From Candidatus Nealsonbacteria bacterium (lineage in GTDB: Bacteria; Patescibacteriota; Minisyncoccia; Minisyncoccales; JANBVM01), in NCBI GenBank assembly GCA_026016225.1, contig CP061210.1, forward strand, positions 2,000-65,999: DNA of 64,000 nucleotides, written 5' to 3'. The position numbers were made by a program, and so were the translations under genes. Positions 8,466 to 20,033 of this stretch are shown piece after piece. Each line of letters begins with the position of its first letter. Within the stretch, counting starts at the first letter, position 1. The notes under the pieces are model-generated. The model ran no database searches. It worked only from the letters and a program-made list of their open reading frames with translations, and had not been told where the DNA came from.

Positions 8466-10202
8466 TTAATTAGTAATTATTTTTTTTACCCATTGATTAA
8501 ATTTTTCAGTCAACTCTTTGATTTTTTTGGAGTCTTTTTCTTCTTCGGCTCTTTTGATTTCAAGAGAAATTTTATTTAATCTATCTTTAACTTTAAGAAA
8601 TTTTATCTCTTTTAAACAAAATTTAATTTCAGGTATTATTTTCTCTTCTTCTATTTCTTCAATATCTGCTTTTAAGCTGAGATAAGAAAGAAAATTCACT
8701 AATTCTTGAGAAAGATTTTTTTGGTTTTCAAAATTATTTAAAATACTAATAACTTCTTGGTTTTTTGATGATAAACAGGAAATAACTTCTTTATTAATAA
8801 GGTCAAAGCTTTGAGGTTCTTTTAAAATTAGACTCATTAATCTTTCTTCTAAAAGTTCTTTTCTTGTCTTTTGAAAAATCGGATTTGGAGACTCTAAAAT
8901 CGATATCTCAACATCTGAAACTCTTTCCGTTTTTATTCTTCGCAATTCTTCTACAACATCCTTCTCTGAAACATTAAGTCTTCTTGCTAATTGTTGAATC
9001 CAATGAGACTGCTCAATTTTATTGGGAATCCTTTTTATGACAGGCAGCAGAACTTTTGATATTTCTCTTTTACCTTCCGGTTTTTTTTCGTCGAATTGAC
9101 CGAATGCATTTTGGAAATAAAAATCTAAAATTGAAAGAGAGTTATCAACTAACTTTTTAAATCTTTTAGGTGCTTTTGATAAAACATCTGCAGGGTCGTT
9201 ATCTTCGGGAAGCTTTACTACTTTTAGATTAAAACCTTTTGACTGAGCTAAATCTATTCCTCTTTTCGTAGCTTTATCTCCTGCAAAATCCATATCAAAA
9301 GCTAAAAATAAATTATCAGAATATCTTTTGAGAATACTTAATTGATAGTTGCTTAAAGCAGTACCTGAAGTAGCGACCGTATTTATCAACTCTGATTGAT
9401 GAGCCATAACTACATCTACATAACCTTCAACTAAAATACAAAAATCTTTCTTTCTTATTTCTACTTTTGCTTTATCTAAGCCATATAAAATTTTACTTTT
9501 GTCGTACAAAATGGTATTAGGGGTATTGACATATTTAGCAATCTTTTCTGATTTTTGTAATACTCTACCTCCAAAGCCAATTACCTGAGAGTTAAAATCA
9601 AAGACCGGAAACATAATCCTTGCCCTGAAACGGTCGTAATACTTGCCTCTTTCATTTCTTATTACCAACCCAGTTTTCTCAACTTCTTCTTTTTTGTAGT
9701 TTTCTGAAACCAAAAAATTAGTTAATCCCTGCCAGCTATCTGGAGCCCAACCTAATCTCCATTTTTTAACTGATTCCTCGCTTATCCCCCTCTTTAAAAG
9801 ATAGTCTTTTGCCTTTTTTCCTTTTGAACTATTCCCTAATTGTTTTTCAAAAAATTTAGTTGACAATTCACAAATTTCATACAGTCTTTGTCTTTTAGTC
9901 CGCAATTCTGGTCTTATTGGTTTTAATTCAACGCCAGCTTTTTGAGCTAACATCCTTAGAGCATCACCAAATTCTACACCTTCTATTTTCATTACAAAAT
10001 CAAAGATACTATGCCCTTCGTTACACCCAAAACAATGCCATATTTGTCTGGCAGGAGAAACAAAAAAAGAAGGAGTTTTCTCAGAATGAAAAGGACATAA
10101 AGCTCTATAACTTGCTCCTGCTTTTTTTAGTTGGATATAAGAACCAATAACCTCAACTATATCAAGTTTTGATTTTATTTCCTCAATTGGAGAATTAAAC
10201 AT
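8466..10202 (-). CDS. dnaG: DNA primase
   Basis: CPFHSEKTPSF zinc finger, KYVNTP, Toprim VEGYVDV and DMD. Confidence 0.97.
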   Translation of the reverse strand: MFNSPIEEIKSKLDIVEVIGSYIQLKKAGASYRALCPFHSEKTPSFFVSPARQIWHCFGCNEGHSIFDFVMKIEGVEFGDALRMLAQKAGVELKPIRPELRTKRQRLYEICELSTKFFEKQLGNSSKGKKAKDYLLKRGISEESVKKWRLGWAPDSWQGLTNFLVSENYKKEEVEKTGLVIRNERGKYYDRFRARIMFPVFDFNSQVIGFGGRVLQKSEKIAKYVNTPNTILYDKSKILYGLDKAKVEIRKKDFCILVEGYVDVVMAHQSELINTVATSGTALSNYQLSILKRYSDNLFLAFDMDFAGDKATKRGIDLAQSKGFNLKVVKLPEDNDPADVLSKAPKRFKKLVDNSLSILDFYFQNAFGQFDEKKPEGKREISKVLLPVIKRIPNKIEQSHWIQQLARRLNVSEKDVVEELRRIKTERVSDVEISILESPNPIFQKTRKELLEERLMSLILKEPQSFDLINKEVISCLSSKNQEVISILNNFENQKNLSQELVNFLSYLSLKADIEEIEEEKIIPEIKFCLKEIKFLKVKDRLNKISLEIKRAEEEKDSKKIKELTEKFNQWVKKIITN

Positions 10203-10257
10203 AATAATGTTCTTGCTCGATAAATTAGCTTTCCCGTGCTATAGTAAATCTATTGTC

Positions 10258-10370
10258 AGAACCTTGTAATGTTTCGCATTAAGGCAAACCAGTCGTTTCA
10301 CTCCTCATTCATTGCGAAGCAATGACAAGGAGGGGCATAGCCCCGACTGGTTCCGTAATGCTTCGCATTT
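10258..10370. repeat. Composite REP-like hairpin element
   Basis: AGAACCTTGTAATGTTTCGCATTAAG, GCAAACCAGTCG...CGACTGGTT and a CATTGCGAAGCAATG hairpin; modules shared with the 47-bp repeat family. Confidence 0.65.
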
Positions 10371-10442
10371 TAGACATTAGCAAAATTTTAACTAAAAAAC
10401 AAGGAAATTACGTTTTGAGTTCAATAAACTTGTATTTAAAAT

Positions 10443-11951
10443 ATGGAAATTAACCAATTGAAAAAATTTCTTCCATCAAAAAAACTAAAAATCTTATTTG
10501 TCGCCTCTGAGGCAGCTCCCTTTGCTAAAGCAGGAGGGTTAGGAGATGTTTTGTATTCTCTTCCTTTAGCTTTGAGAAAGTTAGGTCACGATGCAAGAAT
10601 AATGATTCCTCGTTATGGGACAATAGACCCTAAAAAGTATAACTTAAAAATAGAAATAAAGGGATTAAAAGTGCCTACTGACCAACCAAAATATTGTCCA
10701 ACTCTAATTTGTAATGTCAAAAAATATATTGGCAAAAATGCTGTTCCTGCTTATTTTTTGGAAAATATGGAATATTATGAAAAAAGAGCTAATGTCTATG
10801 GATATTCTGACGACCAGATAAGATGGGCTCTTTTATCTCGAGGAGCAATAGAGTTTTTAAAACATTCTTCCTGGGTGCCTGACGTAATTGTTGCTTCTGA
10901 TTGGCAAACAGGCCTTATTCCTAATTATATAAAGACTGTTTATAAAAAAGATTCTGTTGTTTCAAAAATCCCGGTTGTGTTTGCTATTCATAATCTTCGC
11001 TATCAAGGAATGTGTGATTTTCGCTTTGTCCAAGAAACTGAACGTGATTCAGGCAGAGAGCCAATTCCTGATTTTTTCAATCCTCGCCTGGCAAAATTAA
11101 ATTGGACGTTAAGGGGAATTATGTATAGTAATTCTATTATTGTTGTTTCCCCTACTTACGCTAAAGAAATATTGACCCCGGAATACGGAGAAGGTCTGGA
11201 GAAAATACTCTCTGAAAAACAACATAAAATTTATGGAATTTTAAATGGAATTAATTATAAAAAATATAATCCAGAAACATCTCCTCATATCCCCGTACAT
11301 TACAATATAAGGACTATTACGAGAAAAAAAAAGAATAAAATTCACCTTCAAAAAAGATTAGGACTACCCCAAAATCCAGAGGTTTTTGTGATAGGAATTG
11401 TCTCTCGCCTCACTGACCAAAAAGGATTTGATTTGTTAGGAAACATTATAAAACCCTTATTCAAAAATTTATCTTTTCAGCTTGTGATTTTAGGAGACGG
11501 AGACCCGCGATATAAAGAAATGATTCAGAAAGGAAAAGAGCGATTTCCTGAAAAAATTGGTTATTTTTTTGGCTTTGATGTCTCTCTACCACATTTGGTT
11601 TTTGCAGGAGCTGACGCTATCTTAATTCCGTCCAAGTTTGAACCCTGCGGAATAGTTCAAATGCAGGCAATGAGATTTGGCTGTATTCCTATTGTCAGAA
11701 AAACGGGGGGGTTAGCCGATACAGTAGAAGATTTTAATCCTAAAAAAAGAAAGGGTGATGGCTTTGTCTTTGAAGAGTATGATTCTTGGTCATTATTTAC
11801 AACTATTGTCAGGGCTAAAACTTCCTTTGAGTTTAAAAATATATGGGAAAAATTAATAAGAAAGGTGATGAAAAAAGATTTTTCCTGGGAAAAATCAGCT
11901 AAAAAGTATCTGAAAGTTCTTTCTCAGTTGGTTGAAAAAAATCGCAAATAA
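10443..11951 (+). CDS. glgA: Glycogen/starch synthase (GT5), copy 1
   Basis: KAGGLGDV, DWQT and PSKFEPCG. Confidence 0.93.
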   Translation: MEINQLKKFLPSKKLKILFVASEAAPFAKAGGLGDVLYSLPLALRKLGHDARIMIPRYGTIDPKKYNLKIEIKGLKVPTDQPKYCPTLICNVKKYIGKNAVPAYFLENMEYYEKRANVYGYSDDQIRWALLSRGAIEFLKHSSWVPDVIVASDWQTGLIPNYIKTVYKKDSVVSKIPVVFAIHNLRYQGMCDFRFVQETERDSGREPIPDFFNPRLAKLNWTLRGIMYSNSIIVVSPTYAKEILTPEYGEGLEKILSEKQHKIYGILNGINYKKYNPETSPHIPVHYNIRTITRKKKNKIHLQKRLGLPQNPEVFVIGIVSRLTDQKGFDLLGNIIKPLFKNLSFQLVILGDGDPRYKEMIQKGKERFPEKIGYFFGFDVSLPHLVFAGADAILIPSKFEPCGIVQMQAMRFGCIPIVRKTGGLADTVEDFNPKKRKGDGFVFEEYDSWSLFTTIVRAKTSFEFKNIWEKLIRKVMKKDFSWEKSAKKYLKVLSQLVEKNRK

Positions 11952-11954
11952 ACT

Positions 11955-13439
11955 ATGTACTGGGTTAATTTTCTACATATCTATCAGCCAATATATCAAT
12001 CAAAAGAAATTCTCGATAGGGTGGTCAATGAATCCTACAGGCCTTTATTCAAAGGTCTTTTAAAAATTCCCGGAATAAAAATCAACCTCAATATTAACGC
12101 TTCCTTAACTGAAATTTTAATAAAAGAAGGATATGGAGACGTTATAAAAAATATTAAAAGATTAGCCAGAGCAAAAAAATTAGAATTCACTGAAAGCGCT
12201 AAATATCATCCCTTATTGCCTTTTTTAAAAAAGAAAGAAATAATCCGCCAAATCCAAAAAAATAATAAGGATAACAAAAAATACTTTGGTAATGTTTATA
12301 ACCCGGTTTGTTTCTTTCCGCCAGAAATGGCTTATAGTTCTCTTGTCGGAAAAACCGTCTCTCGCTTAGGTTATAAAATGATTATTTTAGATGACATCTC
12401 TTATAATGGTGGAAAAAATTATTCTCCGAAAGATAAATTATTTACCGTAAAAGGAACAGGTGGTTTAATTGCTGTTTTCCGAGAAAGAAGGGTTTCTAAT
12501 TGCATTATGAGTGCTGTTATAAGGAATAAAAAAGAATTTATTGATTTAGTAAAAGAAGAATTAAAAGAAAATAAATATCTCTGTACGGCAGTGGATGGAG
12601 AAACCTTTGGACATCACAGACCCGGCTTAGAAAAATTCCTTTTCAAAATTGTTGAATGTAAAAAACCAAAGCAAATCTTTTTTTCCGAACTTCCAAAATA
12701 TTTTAAGCTAAAAGGAGAAATCAGTCCCGTTAAAGCAACCTGGGCTTCCGCACAAGAAGATATAATAAAAGGTGTCCAATTTTATTCCTGGAAGGACCCA
12801 AAAAATAAAGTACATCAGCTTCAATGGAGATTTTTAAATTATCTCATTAAACTTTCAAAAACAAAGAAGTGCAGTCCAAAAATCCAAGACAAATTAGATA
12901 GAACCATGGCTTCTGATCAGTTTTTTTGGGCTTCGGGTGAGCCTTGGTGGAGTATTGAAATGATTGAAAAGGAGGCTTTGTCAATGCTAAAGACTCTAAA
13001 GTCATTACCTTCTGTTACGAGAAACCAAATTCAAAAAGGCAAAGATTATTATAAAGAGATTCTTTCTACTGCTTTCTGGTGGCAAAGAAGTGGAAAAATT
13101 GAAGCTTTAGCGAAAAAATATAAAGAGGCGGTAAAAATTCCTTTCAAAGAAAGAACATTAGGACAGGGGAAACCCGAAGTTTATTATGCTTTTCTTGAGC
13201 TAATGAGAAGAAAAATGCAAACAGCAGCAAAAAAGAAGAATTTTGAAAGAGCAATTCTTTGGAGAGATGCTATTTGGAAGTTAGAAACAAAAAACGATAT
13301 ATACGATGCTCTTCATGCCGTTGACCTTTTAAGATTAGAAGTGCCGGATCCTCAATTAAAAAAAATAATGGACAGATATAAGGAAAAGTATAAAAAAATT
13401 AAACCGGGACAGCCGGAATCAAGAAGAGCAATACATTAA
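11955..13439 (+). CDS. Glycoside hydrolase family 57 with a C-terminal UVR-like motif
   Basis: FLHIYQP, YHPLLP, PPEMA, DGETFGHH and ASDQFFW are GH57 conserved regions. Confidence 0.88.
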   Translation: MYWVNFLHIYQPIYQSKEILDRVVNESYRPLFKGLLKIPGIKINLNINASLTEILIKEGYGDVIKNIKRLARAKKLEFTESAKYHPLLPFLKKKEIIRQIQKNNKDNKKYFGNVYNPVCFFPPEMAYSSLVGKTVSRLGYKMIILDDISYNGGKNYSPKDKLFTVKGTGGLIAVFRERRVSNCIMSAVIRNKKEFIDLVKEELKENKYLCTAVDGETFGHHRPGLEKFLFKIVECKKPKQIFFSELPKYFKLKGEISPVKATWASAQEDIIKGVQFYSWKDPKNKVHQLQWRFLNYLIKLSKTKKCSPKIQDKLDRTMASDQFFWASGEPWWSIEMIEKEALSMLKTLKSLPSVTRNQIQKGKDYYKEILSTAFWWQRSGKIEALAKKYKEAVKIPFKERTLGQGKPEVYYAFLELMRRKMQTAAKKKNFERAILWRDAIWKLETKNDIYDALHAVDLLRLEVPDPQLKKIMDRYKEKYKKIKPGQPESRRAIH

Positions 13440-13456
13440 TTGAATTTAGAATATAA

Positions 13457-14482
13457 ATGCAAATTTTAAATTTATTAGACAGAAAATGGGTTGAAAAATT
13501 CCTTCAAAACCGTTTTCACAAATATTTTCCCAAAGCAGAAAAGTTGATAGATTTTAAGATTAAGACTTTAAAAATATTTTTAGATCACCAACGAATAAGT
13601 ACCAGATACAATCTGGTTTTGTCTTATAGAAATAAAAATTTAAAAAAATCAATAATTGTTAAGGCGGAAAAAAAACCGAATTTTGATGAAGGGATTTCTA
13701 GAATAAAAACAGATTATTTAGCCAATCTCATTTTAACGAATCAAGGACTGAACTACCTTATTCCCCGTGCCTTAGAATATTATCAACCCTTGGGGGCTTT
13801 TTTTTATGAACCAATTGAAGGTACTTGTCTTAAACAACTAAGTATTGAACACCGCGGAGAGGAATTCCTAAAATTTATCCCAGAAGTTGCTACGTCTCTT
13901 AAAAAAATACATCTGGTTAAAAACCACCAACAAATAATCTTACGGAACCAAGCTTGGGAAAAAAGACAGTATAAAAACTATTTATGTTTAATGGAAAAAT
14001 ATTATCCTTTCGGTCTCGATCGTTTTAAGAAATTAATCCAATACTGTAAAAACTTTAGAATAAAAAATAAAAATGATTTCTCCGTCAAAAACTATTGTCT
14101 GACTCACGGAGATCTTCACAGCGGTAATATTTTTATAAGTAAGCGGCAAATAAGATTTTTAGATTTTTCCGAGGCTAGACTTTACGATCCCCTTAGTGAC
14201 TTAGGTTGCTTTTTTATGCATACTGAATTGATGCTTGAATATGACTTCCACGCAAACTACCAAGAAATGATTAATAAAGTCAAAAATTTATTCTATCAAA
14301 ATTATTTTACGCGCCCCCCAACCAACCCAGAGAAAAATAGGGTCTATTATTACTCGCTTCATACTCTATTCAAAATTATCGGTTATGCTGCTCTAAATGA
14401 AAACAGTGATAGGAAATTAATAGAATCGAACAAATTACTAGAAAAATTAATTAAAATTGGAGAAGAAAAAATAAATCTTTAA
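13457..14482 (+). CDS. APH/choline-kinase-like phosphotransferase
   Basis: THGDLHSGNI and FLDFSE motifs. Confidence 0.82.
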   Translation: MQILNLLDRKWVEKFLQNRFHKYFPKAEKLIDFKIKTLKIFLDHQRISTRYNLVLSYRNKNLKKSIIVKAEKKPNFDEGISRIKTDYLANLILTNQGLNYLIPRALEYYQPLGAFFYEPIEGTCLKQLSIEHRGEEFLKFIPEVATSLKKIHLVKNHQQIILRNQAWEKRQYKNYLCLMEKYYPFGLDRFKKLIQYCKNFRIKNKNDFSVKNYCLTHGDLHSGNIFISKRQIRFLDFSEARLYDPLSDLGCFFMHTELMLEYDFHANYQEMINKVKNLFYQNYFTRPPTNPEKNRVYYYSLHTLFKIIGYAALNENSDRKLIESNKLLEKLIKIGEEKINL

Positions 14483-14487
14483 AAAAT

Positions 14488-15903
14488 ATGAAAATCTTAT
14501 TAGTTGGTTCAGAATGCGCCCCAGTGGCGAAAGTAGGAGGATTAGCAGATGTGGTAGGATCCCTACCAAAAGCTCTTAAATCACTAAGGGTAGATGTTTC
14601 TGTGATTCTCCCTTTTTATAAGGTAGTTAAGATTAAAAAAAGCAAATTAAGACTAGTAAAAAGGAGAATTCCTGTCTTTTTTAACCAAAAAGAAGAAAGT
14701 TTTAATCTGTGGAAAACATTTTTACCTAAAAGTCGGGTCCCTCTTTTATTGGTAGAGAATAATAAGTACTTTTTCGGTAAAGGGGTTTATGTAGAGAGCG
14801 ATGCTTCTTCAGGGGGAAGCGAAAAGGAAGCGGCCCGTTTTCTTTTTCTCTCTACAGCAAGTATTGAAATTGCCAAGATGATGAAAGCTGACATTCTTCA
14901 TTGTCAGGACTGGCATACAGCTTTAATTCCTTATTTAATTAAAAAAGAGAGTTATAAGATAAAAACCCTTTTAACCATTCATAATTTAGGATATCAGGGG
15001 ATATATAAAAGCAAGGCGGTAAATAAACTCTTGGGAACAAGATTCCCTGGAAAACAAGTGAATTGTCTTAAGCTTGGAATCTTAACTGCAGATTTTATAA
15101 ACACGGTCAGTCCCAGTTATGCAAAAGAAATTTTAACCAGAAAATACGGAGCTGGACTTCAAAAATACCTCAAAAGAAGAAAAAAACACTTAATAGGAAT
15201 AGTAAATGGTTTAGATTTGGAGGTTTTTAATCCTAAAACTGATCCCTTTTTAAAGAAAAGATATTCTTGGAAAAATATAAAAGACAAAAGTTATAATAAG
15301 ATTTATTTACAGAAAAAATGCTTTAAAAAAGCAAATCTTAAAATACCAATCTTAGGGATTGTTTCCAGATTAGCAGACCAAAAGGGATTCGATTTAATAA
15401 AAGGCATCTTCAGATACCTAATAAAAGAAGAACTTCAATTTATTCTTCTTGGAAAAGGTTCAAAAAAATACGAAAAGTTTTTTCAACAGTCTGTTAAGCG
15501 CTTTCCAGAAAAATGTTGCGTTAAAATCGGTTTTGATGAAAAATTAGCCCATCAAATTTATGGAGGAGCAGATATGTTTTTAATGCCATCTTTTTTTGAA
15601 CCCTGTGGCTTGGGTCAACAAATAGCAATGAAATACGGGACCGTCCCTGTTGCAAGAGCAGTCGGAGGAATAAAGAATACGGTTTTTCCTGTAAAAATTA
15701 AGCGAAACAGAATAAAAGGAAATGGTTTTTTGTTTAATAGATATAGTCAAAAAGACCTTTTTGAATCAATTAAAAAAGCTTTAGGTTTTTATGAAAAAAA
15801 AGATATCTGGAAACAAATACAAATCAATGGAATGAAACAAGACTTTTCCTGGAAAAAATCAGCAAAAAAATATAAATCTTTATACAAAAAAATATTAGAT
15901 TAA
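14488..15903 (+). CDS. glgA: Glycogen/starch synthase (GT5), copy 2
   Basis: KVGGLADV, HCQDWHT and PSFFEPCGLGQ. Confidence 0.93.
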   Translation: MKILLVGSECAPVAKVGGLADVVGSLPKALKSLRVDVSVILPFYKVVKIKKSKLRLVKRRIPVFFNQKEESFNLWKTFLPKSRVPLLLVENNKYFFGKGVYVESDASSGGSEKEAARFLFLSTASIEIAKMMKADILHCQDWHTALIPYLIKKESYKIKTLLTIHNLGYQGIYKSKAVNKLLGTRFPGKQVNCLKLGILTADFINTVSPSYAKEILTRKYGAGLQKYLKRRKKHLIGIVNGLDLEVFNPKTDPFLKKRYSWKNIKDKSYNKIYLQKKCFKKANLKIPILGIVSRLADQKGFDLIKGIFRYLIKEELQFILLGKGSKKYEKFFQQSVKRFPEKCCVKIGFDEKLAHQIYGGADMFLMPSFFEPCGLGQQIAMKYGTVPVARAVGGIKNTVFPVKIKRNRIKGNGFLFNRYSQKDLFESIKKALGFYEKKDIWKQIQINGMKQDFSWKKSAKKYKSLYKKILD

Positions 15904-15918
15904 GATAGATTTTTATTT

Positions 15919-15948
15919 AAAATCCCTGACCGAAAGCAGGGATTTTTT
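15919..15948. terminator. Bidirectional terminator between glgA and tRNA-Ser
   Basis: AAAATCCCTG-ACCGAAAG-CAGGGATTTTTT. Confidence 0.75.
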
Positions 15949-15977
15949 AATCTGACAGAAATAATTAACAACTGTGA

Positions 15978-16066
15978 TGGCGGAGAGGACAGGACTCGAA
16001 CCTGCAAACCCCGTAAGGGGTCCTGGTTCTCCAAACCAGTGCCTTAGCCATTCGGCGCACCTCTCC
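15978..16066 (-). tRNA. tRNA-Ser(GGA)
   Basis: GGAGAGG/CCTCTCC acceptor, G73, encoded CCA, anticodon arm CTGGT-TTGGAGA-ACCAG, long variable arm. Confidence 0.92.
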
Positions 16067-16098
16067 AGAATTTGGATATTTAGCCTTAGAAATTTATT

Positions 16099-16995
16099 TT
16101 AAACCTCCATACCCCTTAAGGCCTTTATTCTTTCTTCCACCGGAGGATGAGTAGAAAACAGTTTTGTCAGCCAGTTTTTTTGTTTAAAAGGATTAACAAT
16201 ATATAAATGAGCAGTAGAATTATCTATCTTTTTGAAGGGGGCTGGGTCTTGAGAAATCTTTTCTAAAGCCCTTGCTAATCCCTCAGGGTATCTTGTTAAG
16301 AGAGATCCTGTAGCATCAGCTAAAAACTCCCTCTTTCTCGAAATTGCCAATCTGATTAAAGAAGCTATAACTGGAGCTAAGACAGCTCCAATAATACCCA
16401 AAAATATAAAGATTACACCCAAACCTCTTGATTCTCTTTCTCTCCTCCCGCCCCTGTTCAAATAACTAAATCTCAAAAACATTCTCGAGAGTAAAGCTAC
16501 AACCCCCACTAAAACTACCAACACGGTACCTAAAAGCATATCTTTATTTCCAATATGAGCTAATTCATGAGCAATAACGCCTTCTAATTCTGTTCTTTCC
16601 AATTTCTCTAAAAGCCCTCTGGTAACAGCAATGACTGCGTGTTTTTCATCCCTGCCCGTGGCAAAAGCATTAGGTTGTGCTTCATTGATTATATAAATTT
16701 TAGGCAGAGATAAGCCAGCTGTAATAGAAACATTTTCAACCAGTCGGTAGAGTTCTGGATTATCTCTCTTTTTAATTTCACGAGCACCAACCATTGCCAG
16801 CACAATTTTATCTGAATACCAATAACCAACAAAACTTTGAATAGTACTCAAAAATATTGCTAAAATTAAAAAGGTGTTATCGTTCAACAGATAACTGAAA
16901 AACCAGCCTAAAAAAATAATAAATACCAAAAACGATATCAGTAAAATCCATGTTTTGCGGATATTGAAATCTGCTTGGGTATATAAAGTTGCCAT
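16099..16995 (-). CDS. htpX: M48 zinc metalloprotease HtpX
   Basis: PNAFATG, HELAH, SRKREFLAD and STHPP. ATG 16995 preferred over the track start at 17019. Confidence 0.93.
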   Translation of the reverse strand: MATLYTQADFNIRKTWILLISFLVFIIFLGWFFSYLLNDNTFLILAIFLSTIQSFVGYWYSDKIVLAMVGAREIKKRDNPELYRLVENVSITAGLSLPKIYIINEAQPNAFATGRDEKHAVIAVTRGLLEKLERTELEGVIAHELAHIGNKDMLLGTVLVVLVGVVALLSRMFLRFSYLNRGGRRERESRGLGVIFIFLGIIGAVLAPVIASLIRLAISRKREFLADATGSLLTRYPEGLARALEKISQDPAPFKKIDNSTAHLYIVNPFKQKNWLTKLFSTHPPVEERIKALRGMEV

Positions 16996-17041
16996 AACTT
17001 TCAAAATTCCAAATCTCAAATTCCAAGTTCAGTTTTAAACT

Positions 17042-17593
17042 TTAAAACTTAACCTTTGGTGCTTCTCTCTCTTCGGCTTCTGTTAATTCAAAGAGTTCCA
17101 TCTTTTTAAATCCCAAAAGCGAAGCTATAAGATTTGCCGGGAAGCTCTCAATCTTGATACTCAAATCTCTAACGTTGCTGTTGTAAAATCTCCTGGCAGC
17201 TTGAACCTTATCTTCTGTATCTCTAAGTTCTCTCTGGAGCTCTAAAAAGTTCTGAGAAGCTTTTAAATCAGGATAACTTTCAGAAACTGCAAAAAGAGTT
17301 TTTAAGGTCTGGGAAAGAGCATTTTCTGCCTCTTGTTTTTCTTTCACACCCGCAGCACCCATTGCTCTTGCTCTGGCTGTAGTAACCTTTTCAAAGACTT
17401 CTTTTTCATGGGTTGCATATCCTTTTACTGTTTCTACTAAATTTGGAATTAAATTATATCTTCTTTTTAACTGAACATCTATATCAGCCCAAGCCTCTTT
17501 TGCTCTATTTTTGAGTCTTACCAAACCATTGTAAATAAGAACAATCCAAAAGAAAACTAAAACTAATATTGCTAAAATAACTCTATAAAACAT
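17042..17593 (-). CDS. lemA: LemA family protein
   Basis: IDVQLKRRYNLIPNLV, SYPDLKASQNF and ARRFYN. Confidence 0.95.
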   Translation of the reverse strand: MFYRVILAILVLVFFWIVLIYNGLVRLKNRAKEAWADIDVQLKRRYNLIPNLVETVKGYATHEKEVFEKVTTARARAMGAAGVKEKQEAENALSQTLKTLFAVSESYPDLKASQNFLELQRELRDTEDKVQAARRFYNSNVRDLSIKIESFPANLIASLLGFKKMELFELTEAEEREAPKVKF

Positions 17594-17670
17594 TTTGATG
17601 ATTAGTGTTTAAGGTCCTTAATAAGTATAATCGACCTTTTATAGTTCATATTATACCTTAGTTTTACCTT

Positions 17671-17717
17671 TAAGCAAACCGGTCGCTTCGCTCCCTGTAA
17701 TTACTGCGCAATTAAGA
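17671..17717 (+). repeat. 47-bp REP-like element
   Basis: TAAGCAAACCGGTCGCTTCGCTCCCTGTAATTACTGCGCAATTAAGA. Confidence 0.85.
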
Positions 17718-17720
17718 ATT

Positions 17721-17750
17721 AAAGCCCCCACAAAAAATAGTGGAGGCTAA
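17721..17750 (-). terminator. groESL terminator candidate
   Basis: Minus strand reads AGCCTCCAC-loop-GTGGGGGCTTT. Confidence 0.55.
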
Positions 17751-17773
17751 AATGTCTAATCTGACAAAACAGA

Positions 17774-19761
<1,988 letters not shown>

Positions 19762-19781
19762 TGTTCTTTGTTTTTTTTATT

Positions 19782-19808
19782 TTAGCAAGCGCGACCTTTG
19801 AGTGCTAA
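19782..19808 (-). promoter_or_regulatory. CIRCE-like (HrcA) operator
   Basis: TTAGCACTC-AAAGGTCGC-GCTTGCTAA versus consensus TTAGCACTC-N9-GAGTGCTAA (2 mismatches), 20 bp upstream of groES. Confidence 0.8.
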
Positions 19809-20033
19809 TTGATATTCTTAATATATAAAGAAAGGGTATATAATGTCAAGCCCCAACGGTAATGTATACATACTTTTTACACTTTACTATTAAGATAGAG
19901 ATATATAAATTAAAAATGGTCAAGAACAATTCTTGATCAATTTTTTTTAAGTCAATAGGTTTAATGTCGGAAGTTAAACAATTAAGTTAATTTAAAGAAA
20001 AAAATAGGGTAACGAAGATATTCTTCATCCCCT

